The notes beneath the pieces were generated by a model. It was not told the DNA's origin. It saw nothing but the letters and a program-made list of their open reading frames with translations, and did not search any database. DNA of 64,000 nt from an uncultured Syntrophomonas sp. GTDB taxonomy: Bacteria; Bacillota; Syntrophomonadia; Syntrophomonadales; Syntrophomonadaceae. Shown here one piece after another: positions 29,822-39,719 of the stretch; positions within the stretch are counted from its first letter, which is position 1, and every line of letters starts with the position of its first letter. The stretch is taken from assembly GCA_964563125.1 (NCBI GenBank), contig CAZLVY010000005.1, forward strand, positions 387-64,386, given 5' to 3'. Position numbers and translations under genes: made by a program.

Positions 29822-30247
29822 ATGCTGGCAGATATTTCAGAAAAAGTAAGTTACCTGCAGGGATTAAGTGAAGGACTGAATATTAGCGAAAGTAGTCCTC
29901 AGGGTAAAATAATCACGGGAATTTTAGGAGTGCTGGATGAAATAGCTGATGATATGATAAATATGCATTGTGAATTTGAAGATTTCAAGGAATATGTAGA
30001 AAGTATTGATGATGATTTGTTTGACCTGGAAGAGAACTTTCTAAATGATGATGATGAATTTATAGAAATGCAATGTAGTCATTGCGGGGAAGAAATATAT
30101 TTCGAGTCAGAGTTATTGGACGAGGAAAATGAAGATACAATAGAAATTATCTGCCCGCATTGCAATGAAGTAGTTTTTGTAAATGATGGGTCTTTTGACC
30201 ATGATTTTGGATATATTCCTGACGATTTGGAAAACAATCAAATGTAA
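29822..30247 (+). CDS. acidic hypothetical protein with a C-terminal CxxC...CxxC zinc ribbon
   Basis: A 141-aa ORF with CSHCGEEIYF...CPHCNEVVF and many D/E residues. Confidence 0.6.
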   Translation: MLADISEKVSYLQGLSEGLNISESSPQGKIITGILGVLDEIADDMINMHCEFEDFKEYVESIDDDLFDLEENFLNDDDEFIEMQCSHCGEEIYFESELLDEENEDTIEIICPHCNEVVFVNDGSFDHDFGYIPDDLENNQM

Positions 30248-30257
30248 CAATTTCAAC

Positions 30258-30306
30258 AGGGGAATTAGCGTTATATGAAATACGCTAATTCTCCTGCTCT
30301 TTTGTG
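30258..30306 (+). terminator. intrinsic terminator
   Basis: A 14-bp stem AGGGGAATTAGCGT / ACGCTAATTCTCCT (one G.U on the plus strand) followed by GCTCTTTTG. Confidence 0.7.
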
Positions 30307-30621
30307 TAAAATAGATGTCTGCTGCTTTAGAAGCAAAAGCAACTTCTATTCCCAACTTCTTCTGCACGCTGCTTTTGACAGCAGCCATTCAGGCAGGGCC
30401 GAATACCCCAACTTCATCATTTCTCAATAAGCATTATCACCCATCCATAATTAAGCATTAGGTGTCTTTATGAAATTTCATGTAAAAAGCTCTAAATGTA
30501 ATTTTGCTAGCTTAAGTCAATAACATTTCGGCAACATTGGTGCCTGACCCCGATGGCAACATTTTGTTAGATGGAATATTTTCCACTTAACTCCAATATC
30601 TATTTGCAAGGGGGTGTAGAT

Positions 30622-31563
30622 ATGGCAGCAGCAGATAAAGAATTGGTTGTAAGGCAAATTCTCCCTTATTTATCTCCATCAGTTAAAAATATTATCTTGA
30701 AATTAAATGAGCGGCATTATGCTCAAATGGAGGAAATTCGCCTAAGGTCAGGACAACCGCTGATTCTGAAAATCGGTGATAAGGATTATACCGTCAATTT
30801 GTCCGGACGGGTAGAGAATGGATTGGATAATGTTTATATGGTGAGCGCTGAAGACATTTATCGAACTATTGCTTCGATAAGTGATAATTCTTTATATGCT
30901 TTTGAGGAAGAAATCAGGCGCGGCTTTATAACAGTATCTGGGGGACATCGGGCGGGACTTGCTGGACAGGTCATAGTTGAAGGAAGTCAGGTTAGAACTA
31001 TAAAAGATTTTTCCAGCATCTGTTTTCGTATTGCCAGGCAGGTGGAAAATTGCGCCAATCAGGTAATTAGTGCTGTGAATCCGGTCGGTAATAGTATCCT
31101 GAATACGCTGATTATTTCTCCTCCCCGTTGCGGTAAAACCACTTTTCTTCGTGATATTACCAGGATTATTTCTTATTCCGGTCAGCGAAATGTGGTGGTA
31201 GTAGATGAGCGCTCAGAAATTGCCGGTTGTTACCGGGGCATTCCGCAATTAGATGTAGGACCCCGGACTGATGTATTAGATGCCTGTCCGAAAGCCCTGG
31301 GAATGGTAATGGCGGTTCGCTCACTGTCACCTCAGGTAATAATTACTGATGAAATCGGCCGCTCAGAAGATGTTGAGGCCATTCAGGAATGTATTAATGC
31401 TGGTGTAACAGTTATTAGCTCTGTTCATGCCAGCAATATTAGAGAGCTGGGCAGAAGGCCAATAATGAAAAATATGCTGCAGCAAAATGTGTTTGAGTTA
31501 GGAATTGTATTATCCAGGCGCAAAGGGCCCGGGACCGTTGAAGAGTTAATAAGGTGGGATTAG
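30622..31563 (+). CDS. spoIIIAA: stage III sporulation protein AA (AAA+ ATPase)
   Basis: Walker A PPRCGKTT and Walker B VIITDE. ATG at 30622 with SD AAGGGGGTG. First gene of an eight-gene spoIIIA operon. Confidence 0.9.
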   Translation: MAAADKELVVRQILPYLSPSVKNIILKLNERHYAQMEEIRLRSGQPLILKIGDKDYTVNLSGRVENGLDNVYMVSAEDIYRTIASISDNSLYAFEEEIRRGFITVSGGHRAGLAGQVIVEGSQVRTIKDFSSICFRIARQVENCANQVISAVNPVGNSILNTLIISPPRCGKTTFLRDITRIISYSGQRNVVVVDERSEIAGCYRGIPQLDVGPRTDVLDACPKALGMVMAVRSLSPQVIITDEIGRSEDVEAIQECINAGVTVISSVHASNIRELGRRPIMKNMLQQNVFELGIVLSRRKGPGTVEELIRWD

Positions 31564-31564
31564 C

Positions 31565-32086
31565 ATGTGGATAAAAACTTTGGGAATTTGTCTGGTAATA
31601 GCTGGATTTGGCATGTGGGGTTTGTTAGGTGCACGCCGCATAGATAAACGGGTTCAGCAGCTAAAAGATCTGAGGATTGCCATAGGGTTTTTAGAGAAGG
31701 AAATAACTTACATGCAAACCCCCTTATCCCGAGCGATGAGTCGAACAGGGCATTTTTGTAATTATGCAGTGGCAGGTTTATTTAAAGAATGTGCCCTAAA
31801 TTTAGATAAAAAATCAGGTATTACCGCCAGTGAAGCATGGCAAAAAGGCTTAAAAAAGCTAAAGGAAGCTTCAGAACTGAAAAAAGTCGATCTGGAACTA
31901 TTAAAAGCAATTGGCCCTCAACTCGGTGTTTCAGACCGTTTAGAACAGCAGAAGTTTTTTGCCTTAATTCAGGAAGAAATAAAGATATTGGAAGAAATGG
32001 CATTAAGCGAAGCCGAATCGGGAAGAAAACTTTGGTCTTACGGCGGCTTTATTATGGGAGCTGTAGTAGTAATTCTGCTTTTATAA
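31565..32086 (+). CDS. spoIIIAB: stage III sporulation protein AB
   Basis: A 173-aa ORF at the right position and size in the spoIIIA operon, with N- and C-terminal TM segments. Confidence 0.85.
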   Translation: MWIKTLGICLVIAGFGMWGLLGARRIDKRVQQLKDLRIAIGFLEKEITYMQTPLSRAMSRTGHFCNYAVAGLFKECALNLDKKSGITASEAWQKGLKKLKEASELKKVDLELLKAIGPQLGVSDRLEQQKFFALIQEEIKILEEMALSEAESGRKLWSYGGFIMGAVVVILLL

Positions 32087-32120
32087 AGGAAATAAGGTGA
32101 TAGAGAAGGAGGCTGACACT

Positions 32121-32318
32121 ATGATGAATATCGACATAATCTTTCGCATAGCCGGAATTGGCATACTTATTTCAATTCTATCCATTGTATTGAAACAGGC
32201 TAAAAAAGAAGAACAGGCCGAAATGCTTACATTAGCAGGCGTCATAGTAGTTCTCATAATTGTAGTTCAACTGATGAGTCAATTGTTTACGGTAGTCAGG
32301 TCCGTGTTTAATCTTTAG
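32121..32318 (+). CDS. spoIIIAC: stage III sporulation protein AC
   Basis: A 65-aa two-TM protein with SD GAAGGAGG upstream of the ATG at 32121. Confidence 0.85.
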   Translation: MMNIDIIFRIAGIGILISILSIVLKQAKKEEQAEMLTLAGVIVVLIIVVQLMSQLFTVVRSVFNL

Positions 32319-32360
32319 TCAATTAAGAATACTGCGGGGTTAATCAGGAGGAAAATTAAT

Positions 32361-32750
32361 TTGGAAATAGCACAAATTGTGGGATTAGCCCTTTTAACAA
32401 CTGTATTTTTGCTGATATTGCGCCAGGAAAAGCCAGTGATGGCGGTACTGCTCAGCATTGTTTTCAGCATTGTCATTTTCATATTTCTTATGGAAAAAAT
32501 GGCTTCGATAGTTGATGTTTTAAAAGAGTTAACCCGCCGCGCCGAGATTAATTACTTTTTCCTGGCTACCATTCTGAAAATTTTGGGGGTTGCATACCTG
32601 GCAGAATTTGCTGCTTCAATCTGCATTGATGCCGGTGAGCAGGCAGTTGCTAAAAAAGTTGAATTCGCAGCCAAAATAATTATTGCGGTTCTGGCCTTAC
32701 CTATTATAGTGGCCATTTTGGAATCACTCATAGAATTAATGCCTGGTTAG
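32361..32750 (+). CDS. spoIIIAD: stage III sporulation protein AD
   Basis: A 129-aa polytopic ORF with a TTG start and SD AGGAGG. Confidence 0.85.
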   Translation: MEIAQIVGLALLTTVFLLILRQEKPVMAVLLSIVFSIVIFIFLMEKMASIVDVLKELTRRAEINYFFLATILKILGVAYLAEFAASICIDAGEQAVAKKVEFAAKIIIAVLALPIIVAILESLIELMPG

Positions 32751-32821
32751 AAGTCCGCAACTATGAAGCACTTTAATATTTGGTCTAAGAGATAACATGA
32801 GAGAGAAATGGGTGTCAAGTA

Positions 32822-33997
32822 ATGAAAGCAATTATCAAAATCATTTTGATTATTATTTTTCTATTTATTATTCCGGCACCTCTGCCGGCTGTTGAAAATA
32901 GCAGTTCTGATAACCAGGCATTAGTTGAAGACACTTTGTCACAGCTTGATTTTTACCTAATGGAAGAATATAAACATAATCTAGATTCTGAGCTTAGCTC
33001 GTATCTGGACAAAAAATCAGTTAAAGAATGGTTGACTGACTTTATGCAGGGTGAATGGGAGTTTGACATAAAGGAAATAAGTGAAAACTTCATTGGTTTT
33101 CTGTTTAAAGAAATAGTGGCTAACTCAGGCCTGCTTAGTAAATTATTAATACTATCTGTAATAGCAGCCTTGATTTCCAATCTGCAAACTTCATTTTCTG
33201 CCGGTGTAGCACGCATATCCTATTTGGCCTGTTTCCTGGCCTTGGGTGCTATTGCAGTAACTTCATTTAAAATAGTTCTGCAGATTGGGCAGCAGACCAT
33301 TGATAATATGGTTTCCTTTATGCTGGGAATGCTGCCCCAGATGTTAATGCTGGTAGCAGCGCTGGGTAATATTAATGCTTCGGCAATGCTTTTTCCCTTG
33401 TTAATGACTACTGCTACCGGCTTTGCCAATGCAATTAAGACAATTGTATTTCCCTTAATAATCATGTCGGCAATTTTGAGCATAGCCAATCATATGTCAG
33501 ATACTTTGAAGGTAGAAAGAATGGCTAAATTCTTTGGCCAGATGGCGCAGATTTCCTTAGGGTTATTTTTGACTGTCTTTGTAGGTATTGTTACTTTAAG
33601 ATCCTTATACGCCTCGGTCTTAGACAAAGTTGCCTTAAGAACTACTAAATTTATTACCGATAACACCATTCCCGTAGTTGGCAAGATGTTTTCAGATACC
33701 ATAGAGGTGGCAGCAGGGTACGTAATTATGATTAAGCAGGCACTAGGAATATTCGGTGTAATTATCATATTGGGCATGCTAATTTTCCCTCTGTTAAAAA
33801 TTGCTGCCATTGCCTTGATTTATAAAATAACTGCAGCTGTGGTTGAACCGATGGGTGATGCTAAAACGGCCGCCATTTTAGAAGTAATGAGTACTCATCT
33901 GCTGCTGCTTTTAGCAGCAGTTGCTTCAGTAGGTTTAATGTTTTTTGTAATGATATCTATTGTGGTAGCGATGACCAGTCATTTGGGGTTACCGTAA
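32822..33997 (+). CDS. spoIIIAE: stage III sporulation protein AE
   Basis: A 391-aa ORF with a signal peptide plus a polytopic membrane domain, in the operon position. Confidence 0.88.
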   Translation: MKAIIKIILIIIFLFIIPAPLPAVENSSSDNQALVEDTLSQLDFYLMEEYKHNLDSELSSYLDKKSVKEWLTDFMQGEWEFDIKEISENFIGFLFKEIVANSGLLSKLLILSVIAALISNLQTSFSAGVARISYLACFLALGAIAVTSFKIVLQIGQQTIDNMVSFMLGMLPQMLMLVAALGNINASAMLFPLLMTTATGFANAIKTIVFPLIIMSAILSIANHMSDTLKVERMAKFFGQMAQISLGLFLTVFVGIVTLRSLYASVLDKVALRTTKFITDNTIPVVGKMFSDTIEVAAGYVIMIKQALGIFGVIIILGMLIFPLLKIAAIALIYKITAAVVEPMGDAKTAAILEVMSTHLLLLLAAVASVGLMFFVMISIVVAMTSHLGLP

Positions 33998-34023
33998 AGC
34001 TTCTATAAATGAGAGGGATTATT

Positions 34024-34611
34024 ATGGAAACTTTAGCAGACATTGTGCGGACTGTATTAGTAATAATTATTGTAGCCAGTTTACTGGAACTGCTTTTACC
34101 GGAAAGCGGGCTAAAACCATTTGTAAGCTTTGCGATGGGGTTGTTTGTTCTTATCGCAATATTAAATCCCATACTGAATGTTGCTTTTAAAGATCGGGAT
34201 TTTAAAGTGGAACTATGGGACTACAAATATAACGAAAAATTAGAGCAACAAATGCTGGAAAAGGGCTTAGATATTAACCAGCAAATATTGCAGACAAATG
34301 ATGACATGATTCAAGAAAAGCTGCAGGGTCAAATTAGTGCTATAGCAGCTTTGGTTCCGGGAGTACAGGAAGTTGATACGCAAATAAAAGCAGTAGATGC
34401 AGGAGCATTGGATAAAGTCTATTTAGTTGTCAGGTTGGAAAAGACTGAAGTAAGTGAGCAAACAAATGATGTAGGAGTATTTTCCGGTAGTGAGAAAAAA
34501 TTGAGTGAGGAAGAACAAGACCGCATTAAAGAGAAGATATTACTGGTAGTTGATAATCTGTATGGAATCGAGGCGGGGCAAATAGAAATCGATTTTGAGG
34601 GGGGGAGTTAG
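34024..34611 (+). CDS. spoIIIAF: stage III sporulation protein AF
   Basis: About 195 aa with two N-terminal TM segments. ATG at 34024 with SD GAGAGGGA. Confidence 0.82.
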   Translation: METLADIVRTVLVIIIVASLLELLLPESGLKPFVSFAMGLFVLIAILNPILNVAFKDRDFKVELWDYKYNEKLEQQMLEKGLDINQQILQTNDDMIQEKLQGQISAIAALVPGVQEVDTQIKAVDAGALDKVYLVVRLEKTEVSEQTNDVGVFSGSEKKLSEEEQDRIKEKILLVVDNLYGIEAGQIEIDFEGGS

Positions 34612-34616
34612 AACTT

Positions 34617-35201
34617 ATGTTGGATGAATGGGTAAGAAGTTTAACAGGCGACAATGAGGAGGGAGCATCTTTTTTCAAGAGTAAAAAAGGCCGCTATTTA
34701 ATCATTATAGCTATTAGCTTGGGTTTATTAGCCCTGGTTTGGAAGCCTGCCCCTAATGTTGACAATCAATCGCCAAAAGAAATGCTGCAACAGTTACCTG
34801 CAAATAGCAGTGTGAAGGCCCAGTTAACGCAGGAACTGAAAGTTATTCTCAGTCAAATTGAAGGGGCAGGAGAGGTAGAAGTAAGTATTACTCTTGCTTC
34901 TGACGGAGAAAAAAGTTATGCCAGTAATAGTGTGGATGAAAAACGTGAAATTGAAGAATCAAATCCACAGGGGACTGTTCAAGAGACGGTAGAAACTAAA
35001 AGGTCAAGAGATCTTGCTGTTACATCGGGAGATGCCCTTTTAATTGAAAACAAATTTCCTCAGGTAATTGGAGTATTGGTAGTTGCAGAGGGAGCAAAAT
35101 ACCCGGTTGTAAAGGAAAGGCTTACTGCTGCCACAGCAACTCTGTTAGATATTCCATCCCATAAAGTAAGTGTCATGCCAGGTCAAGGAGGTGGAATATA
35201 A
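34617..35201 (+). CDS. spoIIIAG: stage III sporulation protein AG
   Basis: A 194-aa ORF with a single TM and a YscJ/FliF-like ring domain (IEGAGEVEVSITL...VIGVLVVAEGA). Confidence 0.88.
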   Translation: MLDEWVRSLTGDNEEGASFFKSKKGRYLIIIAISLGLLALVWKPAPNVDNQSPKEMLQQLPANSSVKAQLTQELKVILSQIEGAGEVEVSITLASDGEKSYASNSVDEKREIEESNPQGTVQETVETKRSRDLAVTSGDALLIENKFPQVIGVLVVAEGAKYPVVKERLTAATATLLDIPSHKVSVMPGQGGGI

Positions 35202-35731
35202 TGGTATTTAACTTTAAGAAAACCGGATTAATTATCTTAACTATTGGGGTAATCATTATAGCTGCATTCATAATTTGGCCTGATGCCCAGCTAGAAAACC
35301 AGCAAAAAGCAGAAAACGCGGAATATGATAATTCGGCAATTAAGAATAGTTTACCAACAGCACCTGTTACGCCGGTAATAAATGATTTTTTTGCTGAATA
35401 TCGACTGGAAAGAGAACGAATTCGCGGCAGACAAATCGAATTATTGCGTGAAGTCTTAAACAGCTCGGCAGAACAAGATGCACGTAAGGAAGCTTCTTTG
35501 CGACTGGTACAAATATCAGAAGATATGGAGAAAGAATTGCAGGCAGAAGCTATGATTAAATCTAAGGGTTATGCGGATTGTGTAGTAATAATTCAGCAGG
35601 AAACTATCTTAGTAGTGGTGGAATCGGATAATATGCGCCTTGACCGGGAAGAAGAAATAAAGGAGATAGTAGAAAAAATAACCGGGTATGGTGAGGAAAA
35701 TTTATGTATTATTTATCGTGAAACTCAGTAA
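35201..35731 (+). CDS. spoIIIAH: stage III sporulation protein AH
   Basis: A 176-aa ORF with an N-terminal TM, FFAEYRLERERIR and a C-terminal YscJ-like domain. TAATG overlap with spoIIIAG. Confidence 0.88.
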   Translation: MVFNFKKTGLIILTIGVIIIAAFIIWPDAQLENQQKAENAEYDNSAIKNSLPTAPVTPVINDFFAEYRLERERIRGRQIELLREVLNSSAEQDARKEASLRLVQISEDMEKELQAEAMIKSKGYADCVVIIQQETILVVVESDNMRLDREEEIKEIVEKITGYGEENLCIIYRETQ

Positions 35732-35907
35732 AAACATTTTTGTATACTATAATACAAAATTAAAAACATTGTAATAATGGGATTTTGTTTTTATAATTAT
35801 AAAAAGTTGGAGTAATTATACTCAGGTCATGGGCCTGAGTATAATTATATACACAGGAAATTTTTGATCATATCCGGGTTCATAGTTATTAATAAGGAAG
35901 TGCAGCA

Positions 35908-37803
35908 ATGAGCAGAATTAAAGTTACCGATACTAGCCTAAGGGATGCCCATCAAAGTCTGTGGGCTACCAGAATGACTACTGAAGATATTTTACCGATT
36001 TTAGAAAAACTTGATAATGCTGGTTACCATTCCCTGGAAGTGTGGGGCGGAGCTACTTTCGATGTATGCTTGCGATATCTGCAAGAAGATCCCTGGGAAA
36101 GATTAAGGGCTATCCGCCGGGAAGTTAAAAAAACCAAACTGCAAATGCTTTTAAGAGGACAGTCATTATTAGGCTATACCCATTACCCGGATGACATTGT
36201 AGAAAAATTCGTGGAAAAATCAGCCCAAAACGGAATAGATATTTTTCGGGTTTTTGATGCCTTAAACGATTTGCGCAATTTAGAGGTCCCCATTAAGGCG
36301 GTGAAAAATACCGGTAAACATGTGCAGGCATGTGTTGTCTATACCATCAGCCCGGTTCATACCTTGCAGCATTTTGTCGATACTGCCAAACAACTGAGGG
36401 ATATGGGTGCTGACTCTATATGCATAAAGGATATGGCGGGACTTTTATCTCCCTATATTTCCTATGAACTGGTCAGAGCTTTGAAACAAGAAATAGATTT
36501 GCCGATTCAATTACACACCCATTATATTGGGGGAATGGCTATTGCTTCACTTTTGAAAGCTGCTGAAGCGGGTATTGATATAATAGACACTGCAACTGTA
36601 CCGCTGGCCTTTGGCTCTTCCCAACCGCCGGTAGAGACTATTGTCAGAGCCTTGCAGGATTCACAGTGGAATACCGAGCTGGAACTGAGCAGCCTGTTCG
36701 AGATTGCTGACTATTTTGAAAATCTGAGAAAACATAAAGGCTTCGAACGCGGTGTTACTCGTATTACAGATATGAAAGTTTTTGAGCACCAGGTTCCGGG
36801 TGGAATGATATCCAATCTTTATTCACAACTGGAAGAGCAAAAAGCGTTACATCGTATAGACGAAGTTCTGCAAGAACTGCCCAATGTCAGGAAGGACATG
36901 GGTTATCCGCCGCTGGTAACGCCTACCAGTCAAATAATTGGTATTCAAGCAGTTATGAATGTACTAACCGGGGAAAGATATAAAATGTGTCCCGGTGAGG
37001 TAAAAGATTATGTCAAAGGTCTTTATGGTAAACCACCTGTAGAGATTAGCGATGAAATAAGACAAAAAATTATCGGTGACCAAGAGGTAATAACAGTTCG
37101 CCCCGCGGATTTACTGGCCCCGGGCTGGGAAAGATGTAAAAAAGAAGCAGCACAATATGCAAAAAGTGAAGAAGATGTTTTATCCTACGCTCTGTTTCCC
37201 CAGGTAGCTTTAAAATACTTCGAGAGTCGTCAAAATAAAGTGAATGAGGCTGGACCTCAAATGACTTCATCAAAGGTAACTGCAGTTGATAAAAAGATTC
37301 CCCCCACAAAAAGAGCAGTTAAAATGGGCGGGGTTAACCATAAGGGAGATGATGAAATGAACTTTGAAGAGATTAAAGAATTGATTTTATTACTTGATAG
37401 TACATCAGTTGCTGAACTGGATCTGCAAAATAACGATTACCGTTTAACTCTGAGGAAATCAGTCGGATTGATTGAGGAGTCGGTGGCTGACAAATCAGTA
37501 ATACTTCAGGATTTGACTATTGATGACGAAGAAGAACCAAAGGCAATACCACATAATGAAAATTGTTTTAAAGTAACTGCCCCGATTGTAGGTACTTTTT
37601 ATGAAGCGCCATCACCTGATGCGCCTGCTTTTGTGCAGCTTGGTGATCAGGTTAAGAGAGGACAAATACTATGTATTGTTGAAGCCATGAAGCTGATGAA
37701 TGAGATTAAGGCTGAAGTTGACGGTAAAATCGTGGAGATTGCTGTTGATAATGGCGGTACAATCGAATATGGTCAAACATTATTCCTAATCGAAAAGATG
37801 TGA
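35908..37803 (+). CDS. carboxyltransferase (oxaloacetate decarboxylase alpha / pyruvate carboxylase B type, 5S) fused to a full-length AccB-type biotin carboxyl carrier protein
   Basis: The N-terminus has VTDTSLRDAHQSL and an HMGL-like TIM barrel. The C-terminal 148 aa are AccB-like (MNFEEIKELILLLD..., TAPIVGTFY, CIVEAMKLMNEI). Confidence 0.85.
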   Translation: MSRIKVTDTSLRDAHQSLWATRMTTEDILPILEKLDNAGYHSLEVWGGATFDVCLRYLQEDPWERLRAIRREVKKTKLQMLLRGQSLLGYTHYPDDIVEKFVEKSAQNGIDIFRVFDALNDLRNLEVPIKAVKNTGKHVQACVVYTISPVHTLQHFVDTAKQLRDMGADSICIKDMAGLLSPYISYELVRALKQEIDLPIQLHTHYIGGMAIASLLKAAEAGIDIIDTATVPLAFGSSQPPVETIVRALQDSQWNTELELSSLFEIADYFENLRKHKGFERGVTRITDMKVFEHQVPGGMISNLYSQLEEQKALHRIDEVLQELPNVRKDMGYPPLVTPTSQIIGIQAVMNVLTGERYKMCPGEVKDYVKGLYGKPPVEISDEIRQKIIGDQEVITVRPADLLAPGWERCKKEAAQYAKSEEDVLSYALFPQVALKYFESRQNKVNEAGPQMTSSKVTAVDKKIPPTKRAVKMGGVNHKGDDEMNFEEIKELILLLDSTSVAELDLQNNDYRLTLRKSVGLIEESVADKSVILQDLTIDDEEEPKAIPHNENCFKVTAPIVGTFYEAPSPDAPAFVQLGDQVKRGQILCIVEAMKLMNEIKAEVDGKIVEIAVDNGGTIEYGQTLFLIEKM

Positions 37804-37812
37804 GGTGATTAC

Positions 37813-39162
37813 TTGTTCAGCAAAATTTTAATTGCCAATCGTGGAGAAATTGCGGTGCGGGTGATCCGGGCATGTAGAGAATTGGGAATAAAGACAGTAG
37901 CCGTTTACTCCAAGCCGGATATAGACAGTTTGCATGTGAAAATGGCAGATGAAGCAGTATGCATAGGGGAAGCTTCTGCCAGGCTCAGCTATTTAAATAT
38001 ACCCAACATTATTTCCGCTGCCAAAAATAGCGGTGCTGATGCTATACATCCTGGATACGGATTTTTAGCGGAAAACGCTTACTTTGCTGATTTATGCCAT
38101 ACTTATGGTATAAAATTTATCGGACCCAAAGCAGAAGTAATACAGCTGATGGGTGATAAAATCAAAGCTCGCGAATTAGTTAAAAAAGCAGGTGTTCCTC
38201 TGGTACCAGGCAGTGACGGTAACATTAGTGATTATCAGGAAGCAATAACTGTTGCGAGCGATATGGGTTACCCGGTAATGATTAAAGCAGCTGCAGGCGG
38301 CGGCGGTAAGGGAATGAGACTGGCTCACAGTCAAACGACCTTAAAAGAAGCCCTGGACATGGCCAAAATGGAGGCCAAAGCAGCTTTTGGCAATGATGAA
38401 GTATATATAGAAAAATATATTGAAGAACCAAGACATATTGAAATTCAAATCTTAGGTGATGAATACGGAAACATAATTCATTTAGGAGAGAGGGATTGTT
38501 CTTTACAAAGACGCAATCAAAAGTTATTGGAAGAAGCCCCCTCCTCATTTTTAGATGAAGAACTACGTCAGAAAATGGGTTCGGTTGCCATAAATGCAGC
38601 TAAAGCAGCCAATTATTACAGTGCGGGGACTATTGAGTTCTTGGTAGATCAAAATAAAAACTTCTTTTTTATTGAAATGAATACCCGCATTCAGGTAGAA
38701 CATGCCGTCACCGAAATGGTAACCGGGGTTGATATTGTCAAAGAACAGATAAGGATTGCCGCCGGGGAAAAACTAACTTTAAAACAAGAAGAGGTTATAA
38801 TTAATGGTTGTGCGATTGAATGCCGAATAAATGCGGAAAATCCGGATAATGACTTTTTACCGGCTCCCGGGCAGATAGGCCGGTACATTGTACCTGGAGG
38901 TCCCGGTGTTCGTGTTGATTCAGCGGTATATGAAAATTATATAATACTTCCTTATTATGATTCAATGATAGGCAAACTGATAGTGTGGGGAAGAGACCGT
39001 GGCGAAGCGATGCAAAGAATGAAAAGAGCTTTGAGGGAATTTACCATAGAAAATATTGCTACTACCATACCATTTCATTTGAAAGTCATAGACAATGCCT
39101 TTTTTCAAAAAGGTGAAATTTATACAAATTTTATCCAACGCCGCATGAGCGATAATGCTTGA
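37813..39162 (+). CDS. accC: biotin carboxylase (acetyl-CoA carboxylase / pyruvate carboxylase subunit A)
   Basis: [21 protein letters not shown], the ATP-grasp loop GGGGKGMR and [13 protein letters not shown] start. Confidence 0.93.
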   Translation: MFSKILIANRGEIAVRVIRACRELGIKTVAVYSKPDIDSLHVKMADEAVCIGEASARLSYLNIPNIISAAKNSGADAIHPGYGFLAENAYFADLCHTYGIKFIGPKAEVIQLMGDKIKARELVKKAGVPLVPGSDGNISDYQEAITVASDMGYPVMIKAAAGGGGKGMRLAHSQTTLKEALDMAKMEAKAAFGNDEVYIEKYIEEPRHIEIQILGDEYGNIIHLGERDCSLQRRNQKLLEEAPSSFLDEELRQKMGSVAINAAKAANYYSAGTIEFLVDQNKNFFFIEMNTRIQVEHAVTEMVTGVDIVKEQIRIAAGEKLTLKQEEVIINGCAIECRINAENPDNDFLPAPGQIGRYIVPGGPGVRVDSAVYENYIILPYYDSMIGKLIVWGRDRGEAMQRMKRALREFTIENIATTIPFHLKVIDNAFFQKGEIYTNFIQRRMSDNA

Positions 39163-39184
39163 GAATTAATGAATATTTTATGAT

Positions 39185-39213
39185 TTGATAGTTAAACTCT
39201 CTTTTGGTACAAT
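39185..39213 (+). promoter_or_regulatory. sigma-A promoter with extended -10 for the asp23 operon
   Basis: TTGATA, a 17-nt spacer, then TGgTACAAT. Confidence 0.6.
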
Positions 39214-39245
39214 GATTAATATAATTCACAGGGAGGTGTAATTTA

Positions 39246-39644
39246 ATGGAAGTGAAAAAACCTGAAATTAATACCGAATTAGGAGCAATAAGAATTGCTG
39301 ATGAAGTAGTAGCAACTGTTGCCGGTCTAGCCGCTTCTGAAGTTGAAGGAGTAGCTACAATGAGCGGAGGATGGGGAACTGACCTGGTTGAAAAGTTAGG
39401 CAAAAGGAATTTCGGCAAAGGAATCAGAGTCGAAGTAGTTGGCGAAGAAACCAAGATAGATATATATTTAGTAATAGATTATGGTTATCAGATTCCCCAG
39501 GTTGCTGAGGAAGTACAAAATGAAGTAAAGCAAGCGGTCGAAAATATGACAGGGCTAAAAGTAACGACAGTTAATGTGCATATTGTTTCAGTAATACTTA
39601 AAAAGAATGTAACCGAAGAAATTGCAGGAGAAGACCAAATATAA
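39246..39644 (+). CDS. Asp23/Gls24-family alkaline shock protein
   Basis: GAIRIADEVVATVAGLAASEVEGVA, 132 aa. Confidence 0.9.
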   Translation: MEVKKPEINTELGAIRIADEVVATVAGLAASEVEGVATMSGGWGTDLVEKLGKRNFGKGIRVEVVGEETKIDIYLVIDYGYQIPQVAEEVQNEVKQAVENMTGLKVTTVNVHIVSVILKKNVTEEIAGEDQI

Positions 39645-39719
39645 TACCTTGGAGTTCAGTAAAACCCCCTGCTTAACCCAGGGGGTTATCTGTATGAATA
39701 ACTGAAAAGAGGTGGGCAA

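Noticed and set aside
30300-30570. 270-nt non-coding stretch upstream of spoIIIAA, considered as a possible ncRNA or pseudogene
   Set aside because: I found only short hairpins (for example GCTGCT-tttgac-AGCAGC), no long-range pairing, and no recognisable motif or reading-frame remnant.
30540-30621. Possible sigma-E promoter for spoIIIA (GAATATT...CAATATCT) and the 17-codon N-terminal extension of spoIIIAA
   Set aside because: The match to the ATA-N16-18-CATACA-T consensus is poor. The ATG at 30622 has a good SD, whereas the ATG at 30571 has none.
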